A stretch of 63,682 nucleotides of DNA, the filler included, from Octopus bimaculoides (taxonomy: Eukaryota), in assembly GCF_001194135.2 (NCBI RefSeq). It is 6 parts of 6 records of this genome, joined end to end, with 100 filler letters (N's around TTAATTAATTAA, not from the genome) between each part and the next. Parts side by side here need not be neighbours in the genome. Positions count along the whole stretch, not along the records: positions 1 to 21,694 come from NC_068983.1; positions 21,795 to 31,213 come from NC_068997.1; 4 more parts are not named here. One strand, written 5' to 3'. The notes under the pieces were generated by a model. That model was not told the DNA's origin. It ran no database searches and worked only from the letters and a program-made list of their open reading frames with translations. Position numbers and translations under genes: made by a program. Shown in pieces: positions 12,263-24,579 of this stretch; the stretch's first letter is position 1; each line of letters starts with the position of its first letter.

Positions 12263-12297
12263 ATAAGCTACCTCTATTTTGCAGAAAAAAGTGTTAG

Positions 12298-12373
12298 CGG
12301 CCGGCTAGGATACTCGAACTCACACTTCCGTGATTACGCGTCGCGGTGGTCTAAACCATTAAGCTAAACCCCC
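12298..12373 (-). pseudogene. tRNA-like pseudogene / SINE head (Thr-CGT-like)
   Basis: A-box tagcttaatgg, anticodon-like arm ccgcga-cgcgtaa-tcacgg, B-box gagttcgag, T6 terminator 8 nt downstream; T-stem and acceptor stem imperfect. Confidence 0.45.
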
Positions 12374-12714
12374 CCACCATTTGATATATATATATACATA
12401 TATNNNNNNNNNNNNNNNNNNNNNNNNNNNNNNNNNNNNNNNNNNNNNNNNNNNNNNNNNNNNNNNNNNNNNNNNNNNNNNNNNNNNNNNNNNNNNNNNN
12501 NNNNNNNNNNNNNNNNNNNNNNNNNNNNNNNNNNNNNNNNNNNNNNNNNNNNNNNNNNNNNNNNNNNNNNNNNNNNNNNNNNNNNNNNNNNNNNNNNNNN
12601 NNNNNNNNNNNNNNNNNNNNNNNNNNNNNNNNNNNNNNNACACACACACATACACATTTATTTATTTATTTATGTGTTTCAGCCAAGTGGCTGCGGTCAT
12701 GCTGGCGCACAACC

Positions 12715-13680
12715 GTGAGATATGCATCAACTTGCTATAAAAACACGTAGTAATTTTACCTTGTTCCTTTTCTCAGTGCAAGTTTTGAAGAGTGCAGTTC
12801 GATTTTATCGGTTATTTTTTCAAAGCTATAATGGAAGTGACAAAGGACCATATTCGGCATATTGTGCTCTGTGAGTTTAATAAAGGAACAACGCAACAGA
12901 ACGTGCGCGGAATATTAATGCAGTGTTTGGGGATCGAACAATAAGCGCTAACCAGTGTCAACATTGGTTCCAGAAATTCCGAGCTGGAAACAACAGCCTA
13001 GAAGACGAACCTCGTCCTGGAAGATTTGTAGAGCTCGATGGGCCTGCAAACCCTGATTGAGACGAAATCCTATCGTAACTTTCGGGGAACTTATATATAA
13101 GCTTGTATTGAACCATTTATCGGCATCTTCGTGCTATCAGAAAAGTCAACAAGTTGGGTCAATGTGTTCCTCACAAACCTTCCGAGTGTAATTGCGCACA
13201 GGGAGCGAATGTATGCTTTTCTATGCTGGCACGTCAAACGTGATGAACCTTTTTTGAACCGAACAGTGACGGGTGACGAGAAATGGGTTCTCTATAAAAA
13301 TGTCAAGCGCCGAAGACAGTGAGTGAGGAAAGGAGAAACAACAGCACCCCAGGTTAAAGAAATTATTCACCCACGTTAGGTATTGTTATCTGATTGGTGA
13401 GTTATAAAAAGTTAACTCTCTTAACTTTGAACTTTTTAATCCCAACCAAATGATAACAAAGGAGATCTTAAGTCAGCGCTAGAAGAAAAACGACCATCGT
13501 TGGTTTCAAGATGAAAGGTATTCTTTCATCAGGATTATGCTCGGCCACATACAGCGAGAATTATATTCCAAACGCTGGAGCAGTTTGAATGGGAAACAAT
13601 GTCTCACTCACCATAATCACTGGACGTTGACCTATTTGATTATCATTGATTCTGCAGTGTTTTAGATTACAAAAGAACTT
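12715..13680 (+). mobile_element. Decayed mariner transposon (same family as 57862-59149)
   Basis: ATG at 12831 (MEVTKDHIRHIVL.EFNKG), WFQKFRAG, RTVTGDEKWVLYKN, decayed FFHQDYARPH and SPD-like motifs; stops and frameshifts. Confidence 0.9.
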
Positions 13681-13989
13681 TGTTTATCATCATAATTTTG
13701 AAAAATTAGTGAAATATAAAAAAACGCAATATTTATGGCCTGAAGATATATATNNNNNNNNNNNNNNNNNNNNNNNNNNNNNNNNNNNNNNNNNNNNNNN
13801 NNNNNNNNNNNNNNNNNNNNNNNNNNNNNNNNNNNNNNNNNNNNNNNNNNNNNNNNNNNNNNNNNNNNNNNNNNNNNNNNNNNNNNNNNNNNNNACATGT
13901 AAATAAATGTATTTTAAATTTAAGTGCATTTTCAACAACACATTTTCCTATATTTTTTTCCTGCATGAAAACACCACTCCCTCTTTTTG

Positions 13990-14029
<40 letters not shown>

Positions 14030-15327
14030 TAGGGTTATGACTTTTTCACAACCTAATAACGCCATACTGTTATTCGATGAATAATTTCATAAAATAAATC
14101 GATCATCACTTTTGACCCAATTCATGCAAAATTCTAAGGGGCGGTTCATAACCACTGCTCAAGTTTCTACCAAACTAGGTGTGATGACTCAATGCTATGC
14201 AGAATTAGTATATCTGAAATTCCAGCTTTGTAGTTGAAAGAGTTTCAGAGTTATTGGCCTTTTAATCAATACTCACTAGGTGGCACTGAATTCACACTTT
14301 AGGATTTCCGCTGCGTAAACCCTTGTAAACGCAAGAAAGATGTGGAATAAAAGCATATTTATATATTTTAAAGATTACTGAATAGAAATTGCTATATGAA
14401 AAGGTTGAAAAGTAGGCCATTTTAAGATAGAGGCCACGACAAGCATTCGATAATATACAAAATTAAAAATAATACATATTTTAACTTTATAGGTTAAATT
14501 TCAATTTTAAATAACTGTATAAGAAAAAAGGATGCTGGATATTAGCAAATTATTAAACACAGCAACGAATTCATATGTTTTGTTAGATAAAATAAATTGA
14601 AACTGCAATGTCTCCTTCTTTTTACAAACAGTATAAAAATCTGGAAGGCACTTGATTGCCCATTCTGCACTCTGACTTGTTCTGAGAATTTCCAGATTTG
14701 ATGGTTCTCGATTCCAAAAGATTTTTATGAATTATGATAACTTCTGATAATTATGTGCATTAAATATTTGGTCAGTAAACCAAAAATCGACCCCTCTCTT
14801 AAATACAGAACTGTGTTTAATATGGTTAATACTTTAAATTCTTTGTCAATGTCTTATGTTAATGTTATGCATTTAAACTTTGTGTTGATGTTCTTGTGAG
14901 TCTTGATCTTGAATTAGAGTTCTTTTGGTTCGGTGCTTTCACTGGCAATCTTATGACAGAAGCCAGGTTTTATACATCATATAAATTTCTAGTTTGTCTA
15001 AGAGAACTCCTGCCTGGTTTCGTTCTCATTATTTCTTTTCACAAAATACTGGTCAACCCAAAGCTTTACTAAGAAGTAGTTACCATAGATGCAGCACAAC
15101 ATGATCGCTTCCTGATCTACGTGATTGCAAAACTAGCATCGTAAGACTACAAACAGGCAACATACACACTCATTGGAAATTTAACAGTAGCAACGTTCTC
15201 ATAAATTTTCGTCTTTCAGAAATCTAAATTAAGTTCTTAGGCGGATGGAATCAGAAATATTATTCAGAAACATTGAAAACGGATTATAAGTTATTTCTGT
15301 GGATGCGAATACACACACACACACACA

Positions 15328-15367
<40 letters not shown>

Positions 15368-16385
15368 NNNNNNNNNNNNNNNNNNNNNNNNNNNNNNNNN
15401 NNNNNNNNNNNNNNNNNNNNNNNNNNNNNNNNNNNNNNNNNNNNNNNNNNNNNNNNNNNNNNNNNNNNNNNNNNNNNNNNNNNNNNNNNNNNNNNNNNNN
15501 NNNNNNNNNNNNNNNNNNNNNNNNNNNNNNNNNNNNNNNNNNNNNNNNNNNNNNNNNNNNNNNNNNNNNNNNNNNNNNNNNNNNNNNNNNNNNNNNNNNN
15601 NNNNNNNNNNNNNNNNNNNNNNNNNNNNNNNNNNNNNNNNNNNNNNNNNNNNNNNNNNNNNNNNNNNNNNNNNNNNNNNNNNNNNNNNNNNNNNNNNNNN
15701 NNNNNNNNNNNNNNNNNNNNNNNNNNNNNNNNNNNNNNNNNNNNNNNNNNNNNNNNNNNNNNNNNNNNNNNNNNNNNNNNNNNNNNNNNNNNNNNNNNNN
15801 NNNNNNNNNNNNNNNNNNNNNNNNNNNNNNNNNNNNNNNNNNNNNNNNNNNNNNNNNNNNNNNNNNNNNNNNNNNNNNNNNNNNNNNNNNNNNNNNNNNN
15901 NNNNNNNNNNNNNNNNNNNNNNNNNNNNNNNNNNNNNNNNNNNNNNNNNNNNNNNNNNNNNNNNNNNNNNNNNNNNNNNNNNNNNNNNNNNNNNNNNNNN
16001 NNNNNNNNNNNNNNNNNNNNNNNNNNNNNNNNNNNNNNNNNNNNNNNNNNNNNNNNNNNNNNNNNNNNNNNNNNNNNNNNNNNNNNNNNNNNNNNNNNNN
16101 NNNNNNNNNNNNNNNNNNNNNNNNNNNNNNNATATATATATATATATATATATATATAGGTGTGTTTACTCACTAGCTTTAAAATGTATGCTTTTTCTTT
16201 CAAATGTTTCTCCCTATTTTCACATTTACATTCATAGATGCAATCACACATATATATTCATATGCATACACATATACAGGCTTATATCTGCCTAAACATT
16301 CGAATATGTATGACATTTTCGAACAGAAACGATCAGACTCTGGTCTTATTTATGAGGAAGCGCATTCTCTGAGTAGTTTACTTAC

Positions 16386-16459
16386 TGAGACATTGTTATT
16401 CATTAATGACCTCAACAGACAACCCCTTATCAAGAAACCCAGGTGATCTTCATTCATTG
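16386..16459 (-). CDS. Putative coding exon (MNEDHLGFLIRGCLLRSLMNNNVS)
   Basis: ttattggttttcag acceptor, GTAAGT donor, single open frame (phase 1 to 0) compatible with the neighbouring candidates. Confidence 0.45.
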
Positions 16460-17699
16460 CTGAAAACCAATAACTTACGTATAAGCTATCATACACAATA
16501 AAAACTGAATCAGTCTGTATGATTCTCTGATAATTTCTATCTTCCCATATGATAAACTACAGAAAAGCATTTTATTGACAATATATCGGGGCTTATAGAG
16601 AGAATAACCGGGATTACCTTTTCTATCAGAATATAGCTCACCATAAATATATTTTATATCCTTCTTATCTTTCACAAAAGAACTTTTGTAATGAAATCTA
16701 GGTTAGAATTTTTCAGTAACTTTCCTTACGGTTTTAGGAAAGTAACTATATATCACCACCATCAATAAATAAATAGAAAAATGAAAAATGCATAAATATA
16801 AGGTATCAATTAGGCTCGTGCATTGAACATAAATTTTCATTCATTTTAGGTGTGCGCATATATTTTGTGTATGTAATATATATATATATATAGATCTCAT
16901 AAACACACACACGCTTATACACACACACACACAATACACGCGCAGACACACAATACACACATAGACACAGTCACAGATACACACACACATGTACATGCAT
17001 AAATACAGGCATATATGTATATTCATATAATACGTATAAAGATATAGATATACGCATACATACACACACACATATGCAGTTGTCCCTCTGTTTCTAAGGT
17101 AGAATGGTTCCACGAGTTACTGATTAAAAGGAAATCATATAAATAAAACCAATATTGGTACCTAACGACATTTTTAATAAAAAAAAGTTTAAAAAAAGAC
17201 AATCATAAGCCACATAGAAACATTTACTGAAATGGATGTCCTTAAAGTTACTGAAATCCAGAAATTATATTCGATATGATTTTCCTTCGCTTTTTAGATA
17301 TTTATCTTATAGCTGCTTCGTTTATATAAAACTGTTTCATAGATTCTGTCGAAGCCTTAACATATTGGAATTGGTTAAATATATTAAATATCGATTTCAG
17401 AGAAATTGACTTTCATGATATTTGAAATTCTTCCTTTCAATCCAGAAAATAATTAAGAATATATAATAAAACCAATAATTCTAAGTGAAGCTTTAGTTTA
17501 TTTTCAAGCTTGCCTTCACAATTTACAGAGTAAGGCGAAAGTTAAATAGAAAGGAAAACTAAACTGAGAAACATACATGCAAAAACAGTGCTGAACCGGA
17601 ACTGTGCGGATAAAATCGAGAGATGAGTGAGTATGCGCGCACTCGCGCACCTTGTCTATGTGTGTATATTGTGTAAAAAAAGGTTCAACGATCATTCTT

Positions 17700-17860
17700 G
17701 AGTCATTGGCTCATACGCTGGTTTCCCAGGTTTTTGTGTGAACTTGAGGAAAGGAAATGAAGTGTTTTGCTTAAGAACACAAAGGCATTGCCCAGTCCAG
17801 CGATTCGAAACCACAACTTTGCGATCAGGAATACAAGACAAGCCCTTAACAGCTATGCCA
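17700..17860 (-). mobile_element. SINE family C head and central domain
   Basis: Reverse complement ggcatagctgttaaggg...gtttcgaatcgc...gtgttcttaagcaaaacacttcatttc. Confidence 0.7.
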
Positions 17861-18031
17861 TTTATCTCTCTCTCTCTCTCTCCACACACACACCCTTCTC
17901 CACATATGCACCTTCCATCTTCCTCTTGTGTGTGTGCGTGTGTGTGTAGATAAGTATATAAATTATAAATAGCATCAAAATACAATAGCATTATTTTCCA
18001 GCAATAAGTACCGTAAAGATTGAATTATAAA

Positions 18032-18279
18032 TAGGAAATAGTGGCACAACAAGGCACCAATGTTTGCTGGAAATAGCAGTCGATAACCGTAACGCTATGT
18101 AAGGCTTCACTGAATGTACAGAGGGAAAGATCTTTGCGAGCAGCGAACATAAAAATTCTCGACCGCGACTCGCACACATCCTTGCCTCTATACATTCAGT
18201 GAAGCTTTACATAGAGTCGTACAGTTATCGACTGCTATTTCCAGCAAACATTGGCACCTTGTTGTCCTACTATTTCCTA
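18032..18279. repeat. Long inverted repeat (foldback): arms 18032-18124 and 18185-18279, 60-nt spacer
   Basis: Arms are reverse complements with roughly 85-90% identity by eye, including an uninterrupted ccaatgtttgctggaaatagcagtcgataac block. Confidence 0.9.
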
Positions 18280-18460
18280 CACACACACACACAGACACAC
18301 ACACACAAACACACATATGTATATATATATTTATATATGTATATATATTTATAAACCGGAGTAAGCACATGAAATGTGCAGCAAGGTGGAAAAAAGAGTA
18401 CTCAAATACCAGAGGTAGAGTAATATGCTTTATTTAAAAGCAGCAGAAAAATAACAAAAG

Positions 18461-18500
18461 ACTGTTACTCTGAGTTTCACGTTCCCGTTCATCGGACAGT
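18461..18500 (-). ncRNA. Minimal type I hammerhead ribozyme motif
   Basis: ACTGT-CCGATGA-ACG(GGAA)CGT-GAAA-CTCAGAG-TA-ACAGT: 5-bp helix I, 3-bp helix II, palindromic helix III, GUA cleavage triplet; U4C and A10.1-U11.1 variants. Confidence 0.7.
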
Positions 18501-18534
18501 TTTGTTAGAAATGGGGAACCCCATTTCTAACAAA

Positions 18535-18574
18535 ACTGTCCGATGAACGGGAACGTGAAACTCAGAGTAACAAT
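18535..18574 (+). ncRNA. Minimal type I hammerhead ribozyme motif (mirror copy)
   Basis: Same core as 18461-18500 with one C-A mismatch in helix I. Confidence 0.6.
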
Positions 18575-18734
18575 CTTTTGTTATGTTTCTGCTGCTTTTA
18601 AATAAAGTATATATTTATATGTATATATACACATAGATATATGCATGCATACAACATACATACATATTATATTACATTGTATGTATATTGTATGTATGTA
18701 TATTGTCTGCGATTAATCGTCTGCCTTTATACTT

Positions 18735-18948
18735 TTCTACTCTAAGCACAAAGCCCGAAATTTTGGGGGAAGGGGGACAGTCGATGAGATTTACACCAGT
18801 AGGCAACTGGTACTTAAAGTATCTATCGCGAAAGGATCAAAGGCAAAGTCCACCTCGGCGGAATTTGAACTCAGAACATAAAGACAGACGAAATACCACT
18901 AAGCATTTCGCCCGGCGTGCTAACATTTCTGCCAGCTCACCGCCTTAC
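18735..18948 (-). mobile_element. SINE family B, full-length, type-1 tail
   Basis: Head ...tgctaacatttctgccagctcaccgcc, core ggaatttgaactcagaac, tail cacaaagcccgaaatttt. Confidence 0.85.
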
Positions 18949-18961
18949 TCTACCTACATAT

Positions 18962-19200
18962 GGTGAAGAAGCGTGGTCTAGCGGTTAGGTTGCTGGAGTC
19001 CCGATCGAAAGAACGTGGTTTCGACTCCCGGATTGGGTGATGCGCTGTGTCCTAGATTAAAACATTTCATTTCACTATGCCCCGGGCTACTCAGTTGTAA
19101 ATAATTAACCCTACTATGGATTGGCAGCATGTTTTGTTCTCAGTCACTTATACGCTGTGGAACGCGTGTAGTCATTTGAGTCCTTGGATTGGAAGGCGTA
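18962..19200 (+). mobile_element. SINE family C, degenerate
   Basis: gcgtggtctagcggttagg A-box, gtttcgactccc B-box, catttcatttcact..ctactcagttgtaaat central domain. Confidence 0.65.
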
Positions 19201-19684
19201 GTGTTCAGTCGACTTCCTTTAATTTACCTAGGTATGGCTTTGTTGTAGATAATCTATGTGGCCTCAAAAATGTTAAAACCTGTTATTTTACCATAATGTG
19301 GCATTGTGATTCTATAATTGATAGCTATTGTACCTAAAATGGCATAGTAGCAATATCAGAGAATCTATTTTATTTAGACATAACACTGTATTCCAGTAAT
19401 GATTGCATTTTTACTTAGATATGGCTTCATGGAATTGCCAGAAACTGTTACTCTACTATTGTGGCATTATAACTGCAAGCAATAACTGTTTAACGTAGGT
19501 TTGTATAGAGGCAAGTTTAGAAACTTTTATTCTACATAGATATGGCCTGTTAATTCTGTAAACGATTACAATCTTATATAGTTTTGTCGTCGGGGAATGG
19601 TTAGATAAACTTATTCTGCCTAAAGATGAAATTCTATCCCGGTTAGAATCTATTAGTATATTCTTTAGATATGATATACACAGG

Positions 19685-20568
19685 ACTAGGCATGGCTCTG
19701 TAGGTAAGAAGCTTGCATTCTAATACGTGGATTCGATTTCAGTCCCAATGTAGCGAAACCTGGGTAAGTGATTTTTTTACTATAGCCCCGAGCCGATAAG
19801 TGTTTGTGAATGAATTAGGTAGGTAGAAACTGTGTGGAAGCCGTACACACACATGTATACATATATAAATAATATATATANNNNNNNNNNNNNNNNNNNN
19901 NNNNNNNNNNNNNNNNNNNNNNNNNNNNNNNNNNNNNNNNNNNNNNNNNNNNNNNNNNNNNNNNNNNNNNNNNNNNNNNNNNNNNNNNNNNNNNNNNNNN
20001 NNNNNNNNNNNNNNNNNNNNNNNNNNNNNNNNNNNNNNNNNNNNNNNNNNNNNNNNNNNNNNNNNNNNNNNNNNNNNNNNNNNNNNNNNNNNNNNNNNNN
20101 NNNNNNNNNNNNNNNNNNNNNNNNNNNNNNNNNNNNNNNNNNNNNNNNNNNNNNNNNNNNNNNNNNNNNNNNNNNNNNNNNNNNNNNNNNNNNNNNNNNN
20201 NNNNNNNNNNNNNNNNNNNNNNNNNNNNNNNNNNNNNNNNNNNNNNNNNNNNNNNNNNNNNNNNNNNNNNNNNNNNNNNNNNNNNNNNNNNNNNNNNNNN
20301 NNNNNNNNNNNNNNNNNNNNNNNNNNNNNNNNNNNNNNNTATATATATACATACACGTGATTGTGAATTTGTGATTGTCACTCCGCACACACAAACTGAT
20401 AACCGGAGTGGGTTTGTTAACATTTCCGTAACTTAGCAGCTCGAGAACAGATACCGATAAAATAAGAAAGAGAATTAAATATAAGTATTCGAATCGATTT
20501 GATCAACGAAACTCATTAGTGCAGTTCCCAAGCATGACCGCAGTCCACTGACTGAAACACGTAAAAGT
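19685..20568 (+). mobile_element. SINE family A with expanded internal microsatellite spanning an N gap
   Basis: Head/body 19685-19850 and tail 20380-20568 flank (TA)n plus gap. Confidence 0.7.
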
Positions 20569-21080
20569 TAATGAGCCAATCTGGAAAGTTTTATTTTTTT
20601 CTACACTCTGTAAAGTCTGTGTACACTATGGCTATGTTAGTAATTACCGTCACTACGTACATACGTGCATTTTCACATTTTTATGTTTAATTATTTTTGC
20701 CGATGCAAGATGGTTTTCAGTCACAAGACACAGGTGCATATTTCAATATATTTCATTTTGTTGCTTTCTAATTGAAGATCGGAGAAAGCGTCTATTAAAT
20801 TACAACGTCTTTCTTGCAAAGACACTCTTCTCTATAATTATATTTTCAAAACTGCTGAGTTAGTTTTAGTTACTTCTAAGTATTTGAAATAATAATTTAT
20901 TGTACAGTATTGTTGCATTGCAATTTGGTCGTTAGAGGTGGATATATCGCATGCGCAAAAATTTGTACCACTACCACCATTATTATGTTTAGTAGTATTG
21001 ATAGTAATACTAATAAAATGTGTTATAGTTACTGTTGTTTGTTCGTCTTAATATGTTGGAAATCATTATTACCATCGTCG

Positions 21081-21114
<34 letters not shown>

Positions 21115-21424
21115 ACAACTACCACCACCACCACCACCACTTGACAACTAATATCGCTGTGTTGCGTTCCCATAACTGCGCAGTTCGTCAGGAAAACCGT
21201 AAATACCTGGCTTAAAAATATAATAAGCACGGTGATCGATTCGTTCGACTAAAATTCTTCAAGTATTTGTCCCAGGGTGGGAGCAGTCTGGTGACTGACA
21301 CAAATAAAATATAAAAGAAAAAATAGATGTGTACACACGCATACACTAACATATGCACACACATACATATTCATACAAACATACATATATATGCATACAC
21401 ATATATACATACATACATCTATAA

Positions 21425-21472
21425 ATATATACATATCTATCTATTTATCTCTATTTTTCTGTCTGTATGTCC

Positions 21473-21512
<40 letters not shown>

Positions 21513-21655
21513 GTCTGTCTGGCTATCTGGCTGTCTGGCTATCTGGCTGTCTATCTATCCATCCATCCATGTATGTATGTATGTATGTATGTATGTATGT
21601 ATGTATGTATGTATGTATGTATGTATGTATGTATGTATGTATGTATGTATGTATG

Positions 21656-21690
<35 letters not shown>
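21425..21690. repeat. Compound (TCTA)n/(TATG)n microsatellite
   Basis: Directly visible. Confidence 0.95.
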
Positions 21691-21694
21691 TTTT

Positions 21695-21794
21695 NNNNNN
21701 NNNNNNNNNNNNNNNNNNNNNNNNNNNNNNNNNNNNNNTTAATTAATTAANNNNNNNNNNNNNNNNNNNNNNNNNNNNNNNNNNNNNNNNNNNN
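21695..21794. other. Artificial assembly spacer 44N-TTAATTAATTAA-44N
   Basis: Exactly 100 bp; identical structure at five places. Confidence 0.95.
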
Positions 21795-21825
<31 letters not shown>

Positions 21826-21831
<6 letters not shown>

Positions 21832-21942
21832 TAGAGAGAGAGACAAACAGACAGACAGACAAATAGATAGATAGATAGATAGATAAATAGACAGATATAC
21901 AGACAAATAGACAAATAGATAGATAGGTAGACAGACAGACAA

Positions 21943-21995
<53 letters not shown>

Positions 21996-22015
21996 GACAG
22001 AGAGAGAAAGAGAGA
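21826..22015. repeat. (GATA)n/(GACA)n microsatellite
   Basis: Directly visible. Confidence 0.95.
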
Positions 22016-22371
22016 TAGGCAAGCAGGCAGCCCGGCAGAGAGATAGCTGTATATTGCTTGAAACAGAATCCATCCACATCATTAACACAACCACTGCCGT
22101 GACCATCACCGTCGATCCAACAATTACAGCTACTACAACCACTACAACCGCTACATCCATCGTCCCACCCTGCCACCGTCACTATCAGCACCATCGTCCC
22201 CCCGCCACGACCATCGCCAACATCAATACCATTGTCATGACCACCACCACCACCATATCACCATTACTACCACCACTGCCGCCGCCACCACCATCTTTGC
22301 CTCGGTTCCTCTCTGTTCAATGACTAATCTGCTGTAAGCTACTTCCTACTAATCCATCCACTTCCCAGAAT

Positions 22372-22401
22372 GCCATCATCATCACCACCATCACCACCAT
22401 C

Positions 22402-22432
<31 letters not shown>

Positions 22433-22488
22433 CCATCATCACCATCATCATCATCATCACCATCATCACCGTCATCATCATCATCACC

Positions 22489-22540
<52 letters not shown>

Positions 22541-22580
22541 CCATCATCACCGTCATCATCATCATCACCATCATCATCAC

Positions 22581-22629
<49 letters not shown>

Positions 22630-22630
22630 G

Positions 22631-22663
<33 letters not shown>

Positions 22664-22790
22664 CCACCATCATCATCATCATCACCACCACCACCACTAC
22701 CATCTCCATCATTATAATCATCATCATCATCATTATTATCATCATCATCATCATCATCATTATTATCATCATCATCATCGTCATCTTCAT
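22372..22790. repeat. Long interrupted (CAT)n/(CAC)n trinucleotide array
   Basis: About 420 bp; internal block duplication (cgt variants 81 bp apart at about 22470 and 22551). Confidence 0.95.
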
Positions 22791-23897
22791 CACTAAAAAC
22801 TCCGACATCGATCTCAACACTGCCGACGTCGTACTGGATATACCAACAATGGAGCATCTATATGGCCTTTCACTTTGCTAGAAATAACAACCAAATCTCC
22901 TTTCTATGTATATCTTATCAGAAAGAAAAGGACACATTATTGGTTAATATATTTATTGATTAGGTTTGAATAACAGAGGAGATGGTCTCGGTTAGACTAC
23001 CTTTGGTCATAAATTTGCCACAACCATCATTATCAGCCCCAACTTCATCACCACCATTATCATCATCACTATCCCTGTTATCTATTTACACCACGGTCAC
23101 CACCACCACCACCACCACCTCCTCCAGCATCGATCCCCACCCCCACAACATATTACGCCCTCTGCCCCCATCTACACCACTCTACACATCCTCATACCCA
23201 AGTGCACCGTGCTTGCACAGGCACAAATGATCAAGCACGCATATAAGCAAAGAGACATGCATACGCATGTAAGCATACAAATGCCTACACATATTGCGAA
23301 ATAGGTCCACACAGACACATACGCAGGCTTTTTGCAGATGGATGTAAGGACATAGAGGCAGAACACGTTTTTTTTTTTTTTGCTTCACATACACAGACAG
23401 AGGAGTCAGAAAAGGCATGAATGGGGAATGGATACGATTCGTGGAGACAAAAAATGTCTGAGATGGTGGAGAGGATAGAAAGCTATGAGATAACAGCAAA
23501 AACAACAACAATGACAATAAAATCAGTGGAATATAAACATGGGGAAAGGAGAAAACAAAAAACTCCACACACATGCACCTTCCTATATATACATATACAC
23601 ATGCATATATCTATATATATACAGTTATTCATACACACGTACTCTCTGTCCCTCTCTATCTCACACACACACACACACATATATATATATACATACATAA
23701 ACATAAACATACAGATGTATATACAAATATATATGCAACGCACACACACATGTATGTGTCTGTGTATGTATATATATATATATACATATGTATAAATGTA
23801 TCTATATTTGTATATATATGTATATGCATGTATATGCATATGTGAATGTTTATATATATATAGATGCATATATATATGTGTGTGTGTATATGTATGC

Positions 23898-23949
<52 letters not shown>

Positions 23950-24579
23950 NNNNNNNNNNNNNNNNNNNNNNNNNNNNNNNNNNNNNNNNNNNNNNNNNNN
24001 NNNNNNNNNNNNNNNNNNNNNNNNNNNNNNNNNNNNNNNNNNNNNNNNNNNNNNNNNNNNNNNNNNNNNNNNNNNNNNNNNNNNNNNNNNNNNNNNNNNN
24101 NNNNNNNNNNNNNNNNNNNNNNNNNNNNNNNNNNNNNNNNNNNNNNNNNNNNNNNNNNNNNNNNNNNNNNNNNNNNNNNNNNNNNNNNNNNNNNNNNNNN
24201 NNNNNNNNNNNNNNNNNNNNNNNNNNNNNNNNNNNNNNNNNNNNNNNNNNNNNNNNNNNNNNNNNNNNNNNNNNNNNNNNNNNNNNNNNNNNNNNNNNNN
24301 NNNNNNNNNNNNNNNNNNNNNNNNNNNNNNNNNNNNNNNNNNNNNNNNNNNNNNNNNNNNNNNNNNNNNNNNNNNNNNNNNNNNNNNNNNNNNNNNNNNN
24401 NNNNNNNNNNNNNNNNNNNNNNNNNNNNNNNNNNNNNNNNNNNNNNNNNNNNNNNNNNNNNNNNNNNNNNNNNNNNNNNNNNNNNNNNNNNNNNNNNNNN
24501 NNNNNNNNNNNNNNNNNNNNNNNNNNNNNNNNNNNNNNNNNNNNNNNNNNNNNNNNNNNNNNNNNNNNNNNNNNNNNNN

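Larger units (their letters stand above)
18428..18607. repeat. Near-perfect palindrome (89-bp arms, 2-nt loop), probably Penelope-like terminal repeat derived
   Basis: Position i pairs with 37035-i; two mismatches in 89 bp; homology-like sequence extends only on the left (to about 18355). Confidence 0.95.

Noticed and set aside
22836-22880. QSERPYRCSIV, resembling a C2H2 linker
   Set aside because: Second Cys and His residues absent; acceptor falls in repeat family D.
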